Source: a virus (taxonomy: Duplodnaviria; Caudoviricetes). Taken from it: 53,450 nt of DNA. Made by a program: the position numbers and the translations under genes. Under the pieces are notes generated by a model that ran no database searches, had not been told where the DNA came from, and worked only from the letters and a program-made list of their open reading frames with translations. The DNA lies in IMG/VR virus record IMGVR_UViG_3300036851_000134, positions 1-53,450 of that record; one strand, given 5' to 3'. The first letter of the stretch is position 1; every line of letters starts with the position of its first letter. This document shows, piece after piece, positions 45,350 through 53,450 of the stretch.

Positions 45350-46667
45350 CGATGGCGTCAGCATCGAAGAATTGCGCCGTCAACGTGATGATCTCGAACA
45401 GCACGTTAAGAAGCTCCAAGCTGAATATGAGGAGCACCTTAACACGGTGCGGTTTGAGCGTGATCAAATAGATTTTCAACTGAACGAATTTCGCGCTTAC
45501 GTGGAAGGAATTGTGAACAGTATCGATCGAGATATACCGAGTGTGACAGCGCAAAACGCGTGGCGCGCTGGTCTGTTCAACTTCGGCAAGGCGGTCAATC
45601 ATCCAGTGCCTGGGACGAGGTATTTCAATTGTTCGATCGTAGCGCGCCTTGATGGCGATTGGTTGATTGCGCGCAAGTCTGCGCCGTTTCCTCGTGTTGA
45701 AATCGGCAAGAATTCAATCGCAGCGTTCAAGATTCAGAACGATTTCTTTCGTAAACCACCGGAACAACGGGAGAGCGCACCGGCGTTGTTCACGATGATT
45801 CATTGCGCATTTCAAGAGCGGTATTCCGATGAGCACTTCGAAGATCCGCGTGTGTGCGTGATGAACGGGCAGGTTTACATTTCATGCACGAACTTTCAGT
45901 TGAGCGACAAAGGACGCTGGCGAGGTAGCCATCAAGTGTTGGTTGAGGTCGATGATCTTTGGCGATCGCGGCGTATGTGGCATCCGGTGTTTGGAGGAAA
46001 CCAAGGATCGCCGTATCTCCAGAAATACAACGAAAAGAACTGGTTATGGTTTTGGCATGAGGGCGAGATTTACATGGTTTACATGACGGTGCCGCATCGT
46101 GTTGTGCACATGAACAAGTTCATTGATCTGATCAAAGTTTACGAAACGCCACAGCGCAATCCACTTTGGAAAGCGGGTGCGCCGCGTGGCGGGACTCCGC
46201 CTGTCCGCGTTGGTGACGAGTATTTCAGTTTTTTCCATTCGAGCACGGCATGGATCTGCAACAAACGCAGGTACCACATGGGCGCGTATGCGTTTGAAGC
46301 GAAACCACCGTTTCGCATGACCAAATGCACGACGTTACCGCTGTTGAGCGGTAGCAAAGATGATCCGCCGTTTAACGGGCTCGTGCCGCCTGTGCCGACG
46401 ATACCGCTTTGCGTGTTCCCGGGTGGCGCAATTTATCGTGATGGTAAATGGATTGTGGTTTATGGCGTGAACGATTTCACAAGCGGTTGGATCGAGATAC
46501 CGCACGTTGATCTGTTGAACTTGATGCGTCCAATTGGTGAAAATGATGTGCATGGCGAAGAAATGGTGATGACAAATCAAGCTGGCATACCGCTGGACGG
46601 AAACGGACTGTCGACAAAAGGCGCTCCGATATTTGCCAACCCACCGGCAGAAGGAGTGAAAGCATGA
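45297..46667 (+). CDS. Five-bladed beta-propeller glycosidase/phosphorylase (GH130-like)
   Basis: FN.SI, EDPR, EKNW, RGG, VFPGG and YGVND motifs, after an N-terminal coiled coil. Confidence 0.75.
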   Translation: MPLPTKLLAFKRLIKAYDDGVSIEELRRQRDDLEQHVKKLQAEYEEHLNTVRFERDQIDFQLNEFRAYVEGIVNSIDRDIPSVTAQNAWRAGLFNFGKAVNHPVPGTRYFNCSIVARLDGDWLIARKSAPFPRVEIGKNSIAAFKIQNDFFRKPPEQRESAPALFTMIHCAFQERYSDEHFEDPRVCVMNGQVYISCTNFQLSDKGRWRGSHQVLVEVDDLWRSRRMWHPVFGGNQGSPYLQKYNEKNWLWFWHEGEIYMVYMTVPHRVVHMNKFIDLIKVYETPQRNPLWKAGAPRGGTPPVRVGDEYFSFFHSSTAWICNKRRYHMGAYAFEAKPPFRMTKCTTLPLLSGSKDDPPFNGLVPPVPTIPLCVFPGGAIYRDGKWIVVYGVNDFTSGWIEIPHVDLLNLMRPIGENDVHGEEMVMTNQAGIPLDGNGLSTKGAPIFANPPAEGVKA

Positions 46668-46710
46668 AAACCGAAACCGTTCAAACCGCAATCGCCGGAG
46701 GCCATAGACC

Positions 46711-46914
46711 ATGAACGAAGCAGGCTGCGCCCACGGTTCCGCTCTCCTCGATTGCAAGATGCAGATAGTCGAACTCCTTCACAACGCCAATGACGAGGAA
46801 TTGGCCGAATGCGATGTAAACCTCTACAATGCGCTGATCGAACACCCGGATGTAATGGAGCGAATGGGTGTGAAGCCCCACAACGACCAAGACCACGGAG
46901 AACACAAGCCATGA
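46711..46914 (+). CDS. Cassette protein (67 aa, ends DQDHGEHKP)
   Basis: Bounded by junction repeats. Confidence 0.65.
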   Translation: MNEAGCAHGSALLDCKMQIVELLHNANDEELAECDVNLYNALIEHPDVMERMGVKPHNDQDHGEHKP

Positions 46915-47228
46915 GACAAAATGTGCGCGGAGAATTTCCAAGACTGTCAGGCGACTGTATCGACGACCGGGAGCGTTCGCTTCCAACCTCTTTCTGCCCG
47001 ATCTGTCGCTACGAGATGGATTCGGCGACCTGTGTGGAAAAAGAGCTAGCTGAGCCAAGCGCAGGCGACCTGTCCGTCTGCCTCAACTGTGGTGAGCTGC
47101 TACAGTTCAACGAAATCCTTGTGCTGAGGCTGCTGCCGACGACACAACGCGCTGACATCGATGAGGAAAGCCAAAAACTGTTGACCCGCGCCAGCGAGCT
47201 AATCCGAAAACGAGGGCGCATTCACTGA
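46911..47228 (+). CDS. Cassette zinc-finger protein (105 aa)
   Basis: CPIC ... P..GD.SVCLNCG; starts at a repeat ATG. Confidence 0.7.
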   Translation: MRQNVRGEFPRLSGDCIDDRERSLPTSFCPICRYEMDSATCVEKELAEPSAGDLSVCLNCGELLQFNEILVLRLLPTTQRADIDEESQKLLTRASELIRKRGRIH

Positions 47229-47296
47229 GACCAACCACAGAGGACACAAGCCTTGAATAGCGAATACAATTCCAACCAGGCGAAAACACCAACAAC

Positions 47297-47470
47297 ATGA
47301 AAAGCAACTCAATCAAACGCACCGATGAAGAAACAGACGAACTGCTCAACAAGTGTAGTGACCAGGAGAACAAAGGCGGGAGCAAATACCCAGGCATGAC
47401 TTATGAGCAGGGAATACAAGCTGGCATCAGTTGGCTGCTTGGTTACGCCGACGAAAATCCATTGGAGTGA
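47297..47470 (+). CDS. Small acidic phage protein (57 aa)
   Basis: MKSNSIKRT...SKYPGMTYEQGI.A.I.WL.G...NPLE; below the ORF-track cutoff. Confidence 0.65.
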   Translation: MKSNSIKRTDEETDELLNKCSDQENKGGSKYPGMTYEQGIQAGISWLLGYADENPLE

Positions 47471-47572
47471 CTAGCCTTATCTGTCCTCATGTGCCCCCTA
47501 GAGTACCACCCGTTCGCATGAAACAAGAGCCTCGCCAGGACCAAATCACCATCGCCACGGAGGACATAGACC

Positions 47573-47791
47573 ATGACACCAAAAGCACTTGCCAAAATAC
47601 CTGCACCGTCTGAATGGATAGTGACGCGCACGATAAGGGAAACCTACGGAGCAGTTGGGCGCACCCGACAGGAAGCAATCGCGTGGGTAAACGAACGATC
47701 TCCCGAAGCCGACACGGTGACAATACTTACCGAGTCCGCAAAGAAAGTGCGAAGCTCGAACGATCAGGACCATGGGGGACATAGACCGTGA
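47573..47791 (+). CDS. Cassette protein (72 aa, ends DQDHGGHRP)
   Basis: Bounded by junction repeats. Confidence 0.65.
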   Translation: MTPKALAKIPAPSEWIVTRTIRETYGAVGRTRQEAIAWVNERSPEADTVTILTESAKKVRSSNDQDHGGHRP

Positions 47792-48003
47792 CAACACCAG
47801 CAACAACGTGCCATTTCTGGCAGGGTTTGTGCGGCTACAAAGCTGTTGCCGAAGTCAAGCAGCGCAACGGGAAGTGGAAGCCAATCTGTGGCCAACATCT
47901 CGCCGGATTAAAAAAACGCAAACCGCCATCGTGGATACCCGAAACCCGAATGCTGCCGAATGAGGCGCTACAGCGCCAAGACCACGGAGGACATAGACCA
48001 TGA
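47788..48003 (+). CDS. Cassette protein (71 aa, Cys/His-containing, ends QDHGGHRP)
   Basis: Bounded by junction repeats; GTG start. Confidence 0.65.
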   Translation: MTTPATTCHFWQGLCGYKAVAEVKQRNGKWKPICGQHLAGLKKRKPPSWIPETRMLPNEALQRQDHGGHRP

Positions 48004-48176
48004 GTGATGAAAGGGTCATAAAATCAGCACGATTCAATTACTTCGGACAAAAGCTATTGGTAGACATCGGCTCCAATGGCTCTATTCGATTTAAAATCGG
48101 AGACTCCAACGTGCAACTTTCAGAGTCTGAATTTAAGTCATTGATGCGATTATATTGTCAGGACGCCGCGAACTAG
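48000..48176 (+). CDS. Cassette protein (58 aa)
   Basis: MSDERVIKSARFNYFGQKLLVDIG...; starts at a repeat ATG; locally AT-rich. Confidence 0.6.
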   Translation: MSDERVIKSARFNYFGQKLLVDIGSNGSIRFKIGDSNVQLSESEFKSLMRLYCQDAAN

Positions 48177-48245
48177 CGTTCGATGGCGCAATGTGACCTG
48201 CAAGAAATGCCTGAGCCACTGTAAAAAACACGGAGGCCACAAGCC

Positions 48246-48545
48246 ATGACACCCAAAGCACTTGCCGAAATACTCGCGAAACACGGCGTCATTGATCGTC
48301 ACGCGGTAGAAGACCCGGAAGGATACGACGGCGGCGCGACCATGCTTTATGTCTGGTCGGCGGCGGACGAGATAACGGAACTCGCGCGTGAGAAATGCCA
48401 ATGGAGCGAGGACGGGAACGGCGCGCACGAAACGCAGTGCGGCCAATGCTTCGAGTTCACGCACGGCGGCGTCCAGGCGAACGGATTGAAATACTGCTGC
48501 TTCTGTGGTGGTGCGATAGTGATCAAGAACTATGAACTGGTTTAA
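48246..48545 (+). CDS. Cassette zinc-ribbon protein (99 aa)
   Basis: C.W.ED...ET.CG..F.F.......KYC.FCG motif. Confidence 0.7.
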   Translation: MTPKALAEILAKHGVIDRHAVEDPEGYDGGATMLYVWSAADEITELAREKCQWSEDGNGAHETQCGQCFEFTHGGVQANGLKYCCFCGGAIVIKNYELV

Positions 48546-48876
48546 ACGCAAAAGTCAGTTGCCATCGTTGCGCAAGCAACTTGGCGCAGTGCCGTCCAGT
48601 GATCAATGGCGGCGGTCGCCTGCGGCTGTGCAAAATGCTGTGCGCGTGCTCAGTTCGGATGCCGGTCGTAACATGCTGGATATTCTGGTCAATGAACGGC
48701 CATCGCGGTATACGCTGCCTGCGGGCTCGACGCCGGAGGATATTGCGCGGTATCTTGGGCGCATTGACGGTTACGAGATGGCTTTGAACAAGTTTTTGCA
48801 ATTGGCTGAACCGATCGTTGAACAGCAAGAACCGGAGATAACGTTTCCGGATGAAATAACCCACGAAGACTCATAG
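48532..48876 (+). CDS. Small head-module protein upstream of the scaffold
   Basis: S.AGR..L..L ... GRI.GY pattern of small podophage proteins found between portal and scaffold. Confidence 0.55.
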   Translation: MNWFKRKSQLPSLRKQLGAVPSSDQWRRSPAAVQNAVRVLSSDAGRNMLDILVNERPSRYTLPAGSTPEDIARYLGRIDGYEMALNKFLQLAEPIVEQQEPEITFPDEITHEDS

Positions 48877-48878
48877 TT

Positions 48879-50105
48879 ATGCCTGAAAACATCATGCCAC
48901 TACCCACCGCTACGCAAGGTAACGCCGCTCGGCCTCCGGCTGATCCAACTGTTATCGTCAACCCGGATGCGCGCCAATCGCCGTTCAAAGCGGCATTTAC
49001 GGCTGTGTTGAAAGCGGATCAACCGGATGCGACCGGAGATCCGGTCAAGGACGACGCCGCCAAGACGGAGGCGATCAAGAAAGCCGAGGACACAGCCCAG
49101 GCGAATGCGGATAATGTGCTGCAATCACGGCAGCAATCCAAGCCATCGGATGCGCCATCGGATGATGTTCCGGCTTCGTTGAGTCCGGAAGGGAAGGCGG
49201 ACTGGAAAAAGCTCAAAAGCGAACTGGCGGCAATCCGAACTGAACGCGACGCGCTCAAGACGGATTGGGACGGTAAACTCAAGAGCGAACGCGAAGCGGC
49301 GGCGGCAGCGTTGAAAGCTGAATATGAAAGCAAGTTGCGGGATTTCGACAATCTGCGGACTGAACACGAGAAGTTGTCCGGCGAATTCAAGCGTGTGGCG
49401 GTCGAAGCGACGCCGGAATGGAAAACGCGATTCGTTGAACCGATCAAGAGTGCGGTTGAACAAGCTAAGAAAATCGTTGGCAGCGAGAAGGGCACGCAAC
49501 TGGCTATGCTCCTGGAAATGCCGGAGAGTGAATATCGCACGAACGCACTTGAATCGTTGGTGGGTGAACTGTCTCCGATGCGCCAACAACAGGTTGCGGC
49601 TCTTGCCATGCGTGTGTCCGAAGTGCAAGCAGCTCGGGACGCGGCGCGAGCGGATCATGGTAAATACGCTGAGGAACACGCCGCGCAATCGCAACGCGCT
49701 CAGGAAGCGCAAGCGGCAAAGCAGAAGGAGGACGGCGAACGGTTCTATCGGCGCACATTGGATTGGGCCACGAAAACGTTGCCGGTATTTCAGGAGCGTG
49801 AAGGGAACGAGGCGGTAAACAAGTTGGTCGGCGAAAACCGCGAAAAACTGCGGAACCTGCTCCTGGGTCAGAACGATCCGGAGGCACTCGGTCAAACGGC
49901 GGCGTGGGCGCTTTACGGTCAATACGCAGGTAACATGCTGTCGGCTGCGGCTGCCGAGATGGAAAAGAAAGACGCGCTGATTGCCAAGTTGCAAGGCGCA
50001 CAACCGCGCCAGGGTACAACGAGTTCGGCGGGTGGCGGCGGTGGTGCGGCAGAGAAACCGATGACTTTCCTGCAAGCCATCAAGAGGGAAACATCAGGAG
50101 TGTGA
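48879..50105 (+). CDS. Capsid scaffolding protein
   Basis: Disordered Pro/Asp N-terminus and long coiled coil; lies upstream of the capsid gene. Confidence 0.7.
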   Translation: MPENIMPLPTATQGNAARPPADPTVIVNPDARQSPFKAAFTAVLKADQPDATGDPVKDDAAKTEAIKKAEDTAQANADNVLQSRQQSKPSDAPSDDVPASLSPEGKADWKKLKSELAAIRTERDALKTDWDGKLKSEREAAAAALKAEYESKLRDFDNLRTEHEKLSGEFKRVAVEATPEWKTRFVEPIKSAVEQAKKIVGSEKGTQLAMLLEMPESEYRTNALESLVGELSPMRQQQVAALAMRVSEVQAARDAARADHGKYAEEHAAQSQRAQEAQAAKQKEDGERFYRRTLDWATKTLPVFQEREGNEAVNKLVGENREKLRNLLLGQNDPEALGQTAAWALYGQYAGNMLSAAAAEMEKKDALIAKLQGAQPRQGTTSSAGGGGGAAEKPMTFLQAIKRETSGV

Positions 50106-50318
50106 TGTGCCATATCTGTGTCCAGATTGCGGCAAGTACCATTCCGGCACGTCCAAGAAACACTCGGAACTGCTTGAAAAGAAGATTGCCGAACTGGCGG
50201 ATCATCCGGCTGCACAACCGAAAATGAAGGGACGCAAAAAAACCGAACAAACCTTCGAGAAAACACGTGGGACATACGGACCGGGCATTTCGGATTTACC
50301 GGAGGACGACGAACCGCA

Positions 50319-51017
50319 ATGACGCCTGAACTTGCTGAACGGGTCGTGATCCGGCGTTTCTTGCGGGGTCATTTGTCTGCGACTCTCTACTTAGGAGACT
50401 GCTTGGAAATACTCCCGCAACTTGAAGGTGTGGACGCACTCGTGAGCGATCCACCATACGGGATAGATTATTCTCCGAAGTATGGACGTCGCCGGATGCC
50501 TGACGGCTCGTGGCTAGAGCCAAAGGAAATGCCGCAAATTATTGGTGACGCTGAGGATTTCCAGCCCGCGCATCTGCTCAACTTCCCAATCGTGGCGCTG
50601 TGGGGTGAGAACCACTACGCGCATCGGCTGCCGCATAACGGTAAGTGGCTGGTGTGGGATAAACGTTGTCAGGTCATCCCGCCGCGTAATCAGGCGGATT
50701 GCGAAATGGCGTGGCTGAATAAATACGGCTCGGCACGAATGCTTTACCACATGTGGGATGGAATGGTGAGAGACAGTGAACGTGACGCGTCGAGAGTCCA
50801 CCCAACGCAAAAGCCAGTGATAGTCATGGCGTGGACGATGGAGCAATCGAAAATCCCAAAAGGCGCAACAGTGCTTGACCCGTATATGGGAAGTGGAACT
50901 ACGGGCATTGCATGTATGCGAACTGGACGCCATTTCATCGGTATCGAACTGGATGCTGCACACTACAAAACCGCGTGTGACCGTTTTGAGCGAGAATTGG
51001 ATGGCGTGTTGCTATGA
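50319..51017 (+). CDS. DNA N4-C/N6-A methyltransferase (beta class)
   Basis: GDCLE, DPPY, HPTQKP and VLDPYMGSGTTG...GIE motifs. Confidence 0.93.
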   Translation: MTPELAERVVIRRFLRGHLSATLYLGDCLEILPQLEGVDALVSDPPYGIDYSPKYGRRRMPDGSWLEPKEMPQIIGDAEDFQPAHLLNFPIVALWGENHYAHRLPHNGKWLVWDKRCQVIPPRNQADCEMAWLNKYGSARMLYHMWDGMVRDSERDASRVHPTQKPVIVMAWTMEQSKIPKGATVLDPYMGSGTTGIACMRTGRHFIGIELDAAHYKTACDRFERELDGVLL

Positions 51018-51149
51018 CGCATGAGCAACAATCCGAATGGGATTATCGCGTTGACGAGCGCCTCGGTATCCTTACGGATGGCCGGCGTGAACCGGACTTT
51101 GCGGACTTAAACATTGCAATCAATGAAGCCAACGAATGGTTGAAACAAC

Positions 51150-51404
51150 ATGAAAACCAAACCTCTGACCCGGGAGCAGGCGCGAGAACGGCTGTTGAAT
51201 GTGGCAACGCAATACTCGGTGGCGTTCAGCGCCCTCAAGGAGAATTGGGCATCGATGATTACCGATGGAAAAGGTGAGGATGAAGTTATGTTGCGCTTTG
51301 CCGAATCGGTTTCAAAAGACATGAATAGCGCGCCGTTGATGGCGGCGTTTCTCATGCGCGAGATCATGCGAATGGAAGCCAAGGAACAGGTGGAAACGGA
51401 ATGA
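51150..51404 (+). CDS. Hypothetical protein
   Basis: Helical 84-aa ORF. Confidence 0.5.
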   Translation: MKTKPLTREQARERLLNVATQYSVAFSALKENWASMITDGKGEDEVMLRFAESVSKDMNSAPLMAAFLMREIMRMEAKEQVETE

Positions 51405-51590
51405 TTTGCAACGGCCACATGGCAACAGCCCGGCAGCGTAGTCGCGCTAAAACTGCCGTTAATTCACGGTCGCTCCGTGAGATCCGTTCAATGACCTACA
51501 AAATCGAGGTTGCTGGTCAGCCGAAAGGTGCGGAAAATCGTATGTGACCGTTGCGCTTTAGACCAGCGGGCCTACATCCGTTGGTCACGG

Positions 51591-51636
51591 ACCCGCCGCA
51601 AGTTACTTGTCCTTTCTTGTGGCGGGTTTCTTTTTG
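51591..51636 (+). terminator. Intrinsic terminator
   Basis: ACCCGCCGCAAG...CTTGTGGCGGGT followed by TTCTTTTT. Confidence 0.65.
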
Positions 51637-51689
51637 ACCGAATACCGTTAACGATAAAGGTTGGCCTTTCTGCGCCCTGAATTTTGTTG

Positions 51690-51719
51690 TTGACGTAACG
51701 TTAACGTTTGCGTTATCGG
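51690..51719 (+). promoter_or_regulatory. Putative capsid-operon promoter
   Basis: TTGACG-N18-TATCGG; the -10 matches the promoter at 30137-30165. Confidence 0.4.
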
Positions 51720-51917
51720 TAACGTGAAGTCGAAGTTCGGTCAGGTGCTTCCCTGACAATCGGCTCGATAGCTTGGATGGCCTCAAGCAGATCGCGGGTG
51801 CAACGCCCGGATGAGGTATCCGAGCAGATCTCCCGCAAGTTTAACGGCTCTGGTATGCCGCTTCATCGCGAGCATTTCCTTTAGCCAAGTCCTTAATGGG
51901 CAAACAATTCTGCTTGT

Positions 51918-53156
51918 ATGGCTTGTCAAACAGTATTCGATGCGTTCCGGGTTGCGACTGAATACCTGGGACCTGAAATCTATCGGTTGGCGTCTTTCCG
52001 CGATCCTTGGCTCAACGTTGTGCCGCGTGGAATCTTCGCTCCTCACTCTGGAACCACACATTCCGTGTTCCGGATCAACAAAAACGAACCCACCACAGAA
52101 GATCAATGCGGCCAAACTGTGACACTGGCCAACGGATCGAACAGTGGCGCTTGCGCACCGACGTTTACGGACGTGTCGATCGGGTTCGATGAGTTCACCT
52201 ACATTCCGCGGCGGTTGGCTTGGCGCGGTCCTTTGTTCTGCAAAGACGACCAGTATTTCAACCACGCTCCGGATGAGTTCATTGACGGTTACGTCCAGGA
52301 ACTTGCGGATTACGTCCGCAAAGACCTGAACAACCATCTGTACACGCATTACACGCGGCGTGTGCCGATCTACATTGCGGACCAGAACTGTTTCAGTGTT
52401 TCGACGACGGCGGTTGGTTATAACGGAAGCAACGGTTGCAATCCGCTCGCCGCGCCGCTTGCTCAGTCGGAACTGACCCAGGACATGCTCGACACGCTGG
52501 CGCTGCAATTGATTGCCAATCGCGCGACGGACCCGGACAGTAACGGTTTCGTAAATCTCGGGCCAGACGGTCCGTTGTTTACGTTGCTCATCGGTCTGGA
52601 AGCCAGCCAACTGATCGCGCTCAACAACAGCGAATTCCGTCAGGACATTCGTTGGGCTGAACCGTCGTTGCTGCTTAAGCGGCTCGGTGCCGGGAGGCAG
52701 ATCAAGAACTTCCAACATGTACCATGGGTGACGCCTGCGCGTTACACATGGGTTGGCGGGACGTATACCCGGGTGCCGACGTTTGTGTCTCAAGCGTCCA
52801 CGAAAGGAACGCGCACCGTTGTCAATCAGAACTGGATTGATCCGGTTACAGCGCCTTACGAGGCGGCGGTGGTTCTTTCGCCGCACGTTATGACCAGTGA
52901 ATTGATCAAGCCGAGTGCTCGTGTGGGTGCTGTGGATTGGCCGGACACGAACTACATGGGTGAGTGGATGTGGCGCACTGGTCCCGAGGCGATTGCGAAT
53001 CTCGCCGGGGACGCTTGCTACGATCCGTTGCACAAGCAGGGACGGCATTTCGCGGAGTTCATGCACGGTTTGCGCGTGGGCGCGCTGCCGCAAGCGGGTG
53101 CTCTGGTGTTGTTCAGTCGTTGCGCTCGTGCCTGTAACACGGTGTCTTGCACGTAA
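51918..53156 (+). CDS. Major capsid protein
   Basis: 412 aa, downstream of the scaffold, with its own promoter and a 3' hairpin; size and layout fit an HK97-fold capsid. Confidence 0.75.
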   Translation: MACQTVFDAFRVATEYLGPEIYRLASFRDPWLNVVPRGIFAPHSGTTHSVFRINKNEPTTEDQCGQTVTLANGSNSGACAPTFTDVSIGFDEFTYIPRRLAWRGPLFCKDDQYFNHAPDEFIDGYVQELADYVRKDLNNHLYTHYTRRVPIYIADQNCFSVSTTAVGYNGSNGCNPLAAPLAQSELTQDMLDTLALQLIANRATDPDSNGFVNLGPDGPLFTLLIGLEASQLIALNNSEFRQDIRWAEPSLLLKRLGAGRQIKNFQHVPWVTPARYTWVGGTYTRVPTFVSQASTKGTRTVVNQNWIDPVTAPYEAAVVLSPHVMTSELIKPSARVGAVDWPDTNYMGEWMWRTGPEAIANLAGDACYDPLHKQGRHFAEFMHGLRVGALPQAGALVLFSRCARACNTVSCT

Positions 53157-53188
53157 TTGATCTCTGTCTGGGTTGTGCCAGAGAACAA

Positions 53189-53225
53189 TGGCGGGGAGCG
53201 GTTTTGGTAGGGCCGTTCCTCGCCA
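53189..53225 (+). terminator. Hairpin after the capsid gene (terminator or stabiliser)
   Basis: TGGCGGGGAGCGG...CCGTTCCTCGCCA; no strong U tract. Confidence 0.45.
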
Positions 53226-53235
53226 GTCCAAAACG

Positions 53236-53450
53236 ATGAAAGAAAACGCTCATGGTTATTACGGTCGCGCCAAGGGAATGAAAGCGACTAATCCGATGGA
53301 TTCCATGATGAAAAACTATCCGTCAACGGGTCATGCGACGAAGCCCGCGCCGAACATGACAGCGGCGGATTTGAGAGCGGCAGCGGCCAAGAAACCGTAT
53401 CGATCAAAGAAGATGGTGGCAGGCTGGCGTTCGATGGGGTTGGGTTCAAC
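53236..53450 (+). CDS. 78-aa basic Met-rich protein spanning the circular junction (stop at 147-149)
   Basis: MKENAHGYYGRAKGMK...GSTAGMDSM reads through the 127-nt overlap without a break. Confidence 0.6.
   Translation, partial: MKENAHGYYGRAKGMKATNPMDSMMKNYPSTGHATKPAPNMTAADLRAAAAKKPYRSKKMVAGWRSMGLGS
53324..53450. repeat. Terminal direct repeat, copy 2
   Basis: Identical to 1-127. Confidence 0.95.

Larger units (their letters stand above)
46696..48249 (+). repeat. Seven-copy stop/start junction repeat delimiting small gene cassettes
   Basis: Consensus (CAAGAC)CACGGAGGACATAGACC-ATGA (variant ...CACAAGCC-ATGA) at 46696, 46888, 47234, 47555, 47765, 47977 and 48229. Confidence 0.92.

Noticed and set aside
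153-53156. Genome-wide stop-codon reassignment or a diversity-generating retroelement
   Set aside because: Core genes are intact in code 11 and use all three stops. I saw no reverse transcriptase or TR/VR pair.

Overview
The window is an apparently complete, circularly assembled dsDNA tailed-phage genome. Bases 1-127 repeat exactly at 53324-53450, so the unique length is about 53.3 kb. The build is podovirus-like: tail hub and adaptor, three ejection-type proteins and no tape measure. Rz/Rz1-like spanins imply a diderm host. Layout: tail, lysis and ejection genes (+, 153-14347); replication, recombination and early genes (-, 14486-24435), including an intein-containing SF2 helicase, SSB, ERF recombinase and primase; terS (+); accessory genes including a Dam methylase (-, 26410-30931); then terL, portal, a ~9 kb glycosyltransferase/methyltransferase island, a small-gene cassette array, scaffold, a DNA methylase and the major capsid protein (+). 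I saw no integrase, DNA polymerase, RNA polymerase, endolysin or tRNA. The standout locus sits between terL and portal: a stand-alone Cas7/RAMP-like gene (32964-33596) followed directly by a ~400-nt non-coding array of about 78 phased pentamers (GGY-NN) and an intrinsic terminator. This is a candidate RNA-guided system with no CRISPR repeats, in which the variable dinucleotides may encode a gapped target. Two repeat-delimited small-gene arrays (23162-24473 and 46664-48545) and several promoter-linked structured RNA leaders also deserve follow-up. All product calls come from motif recognition by eye; no database searches were run.
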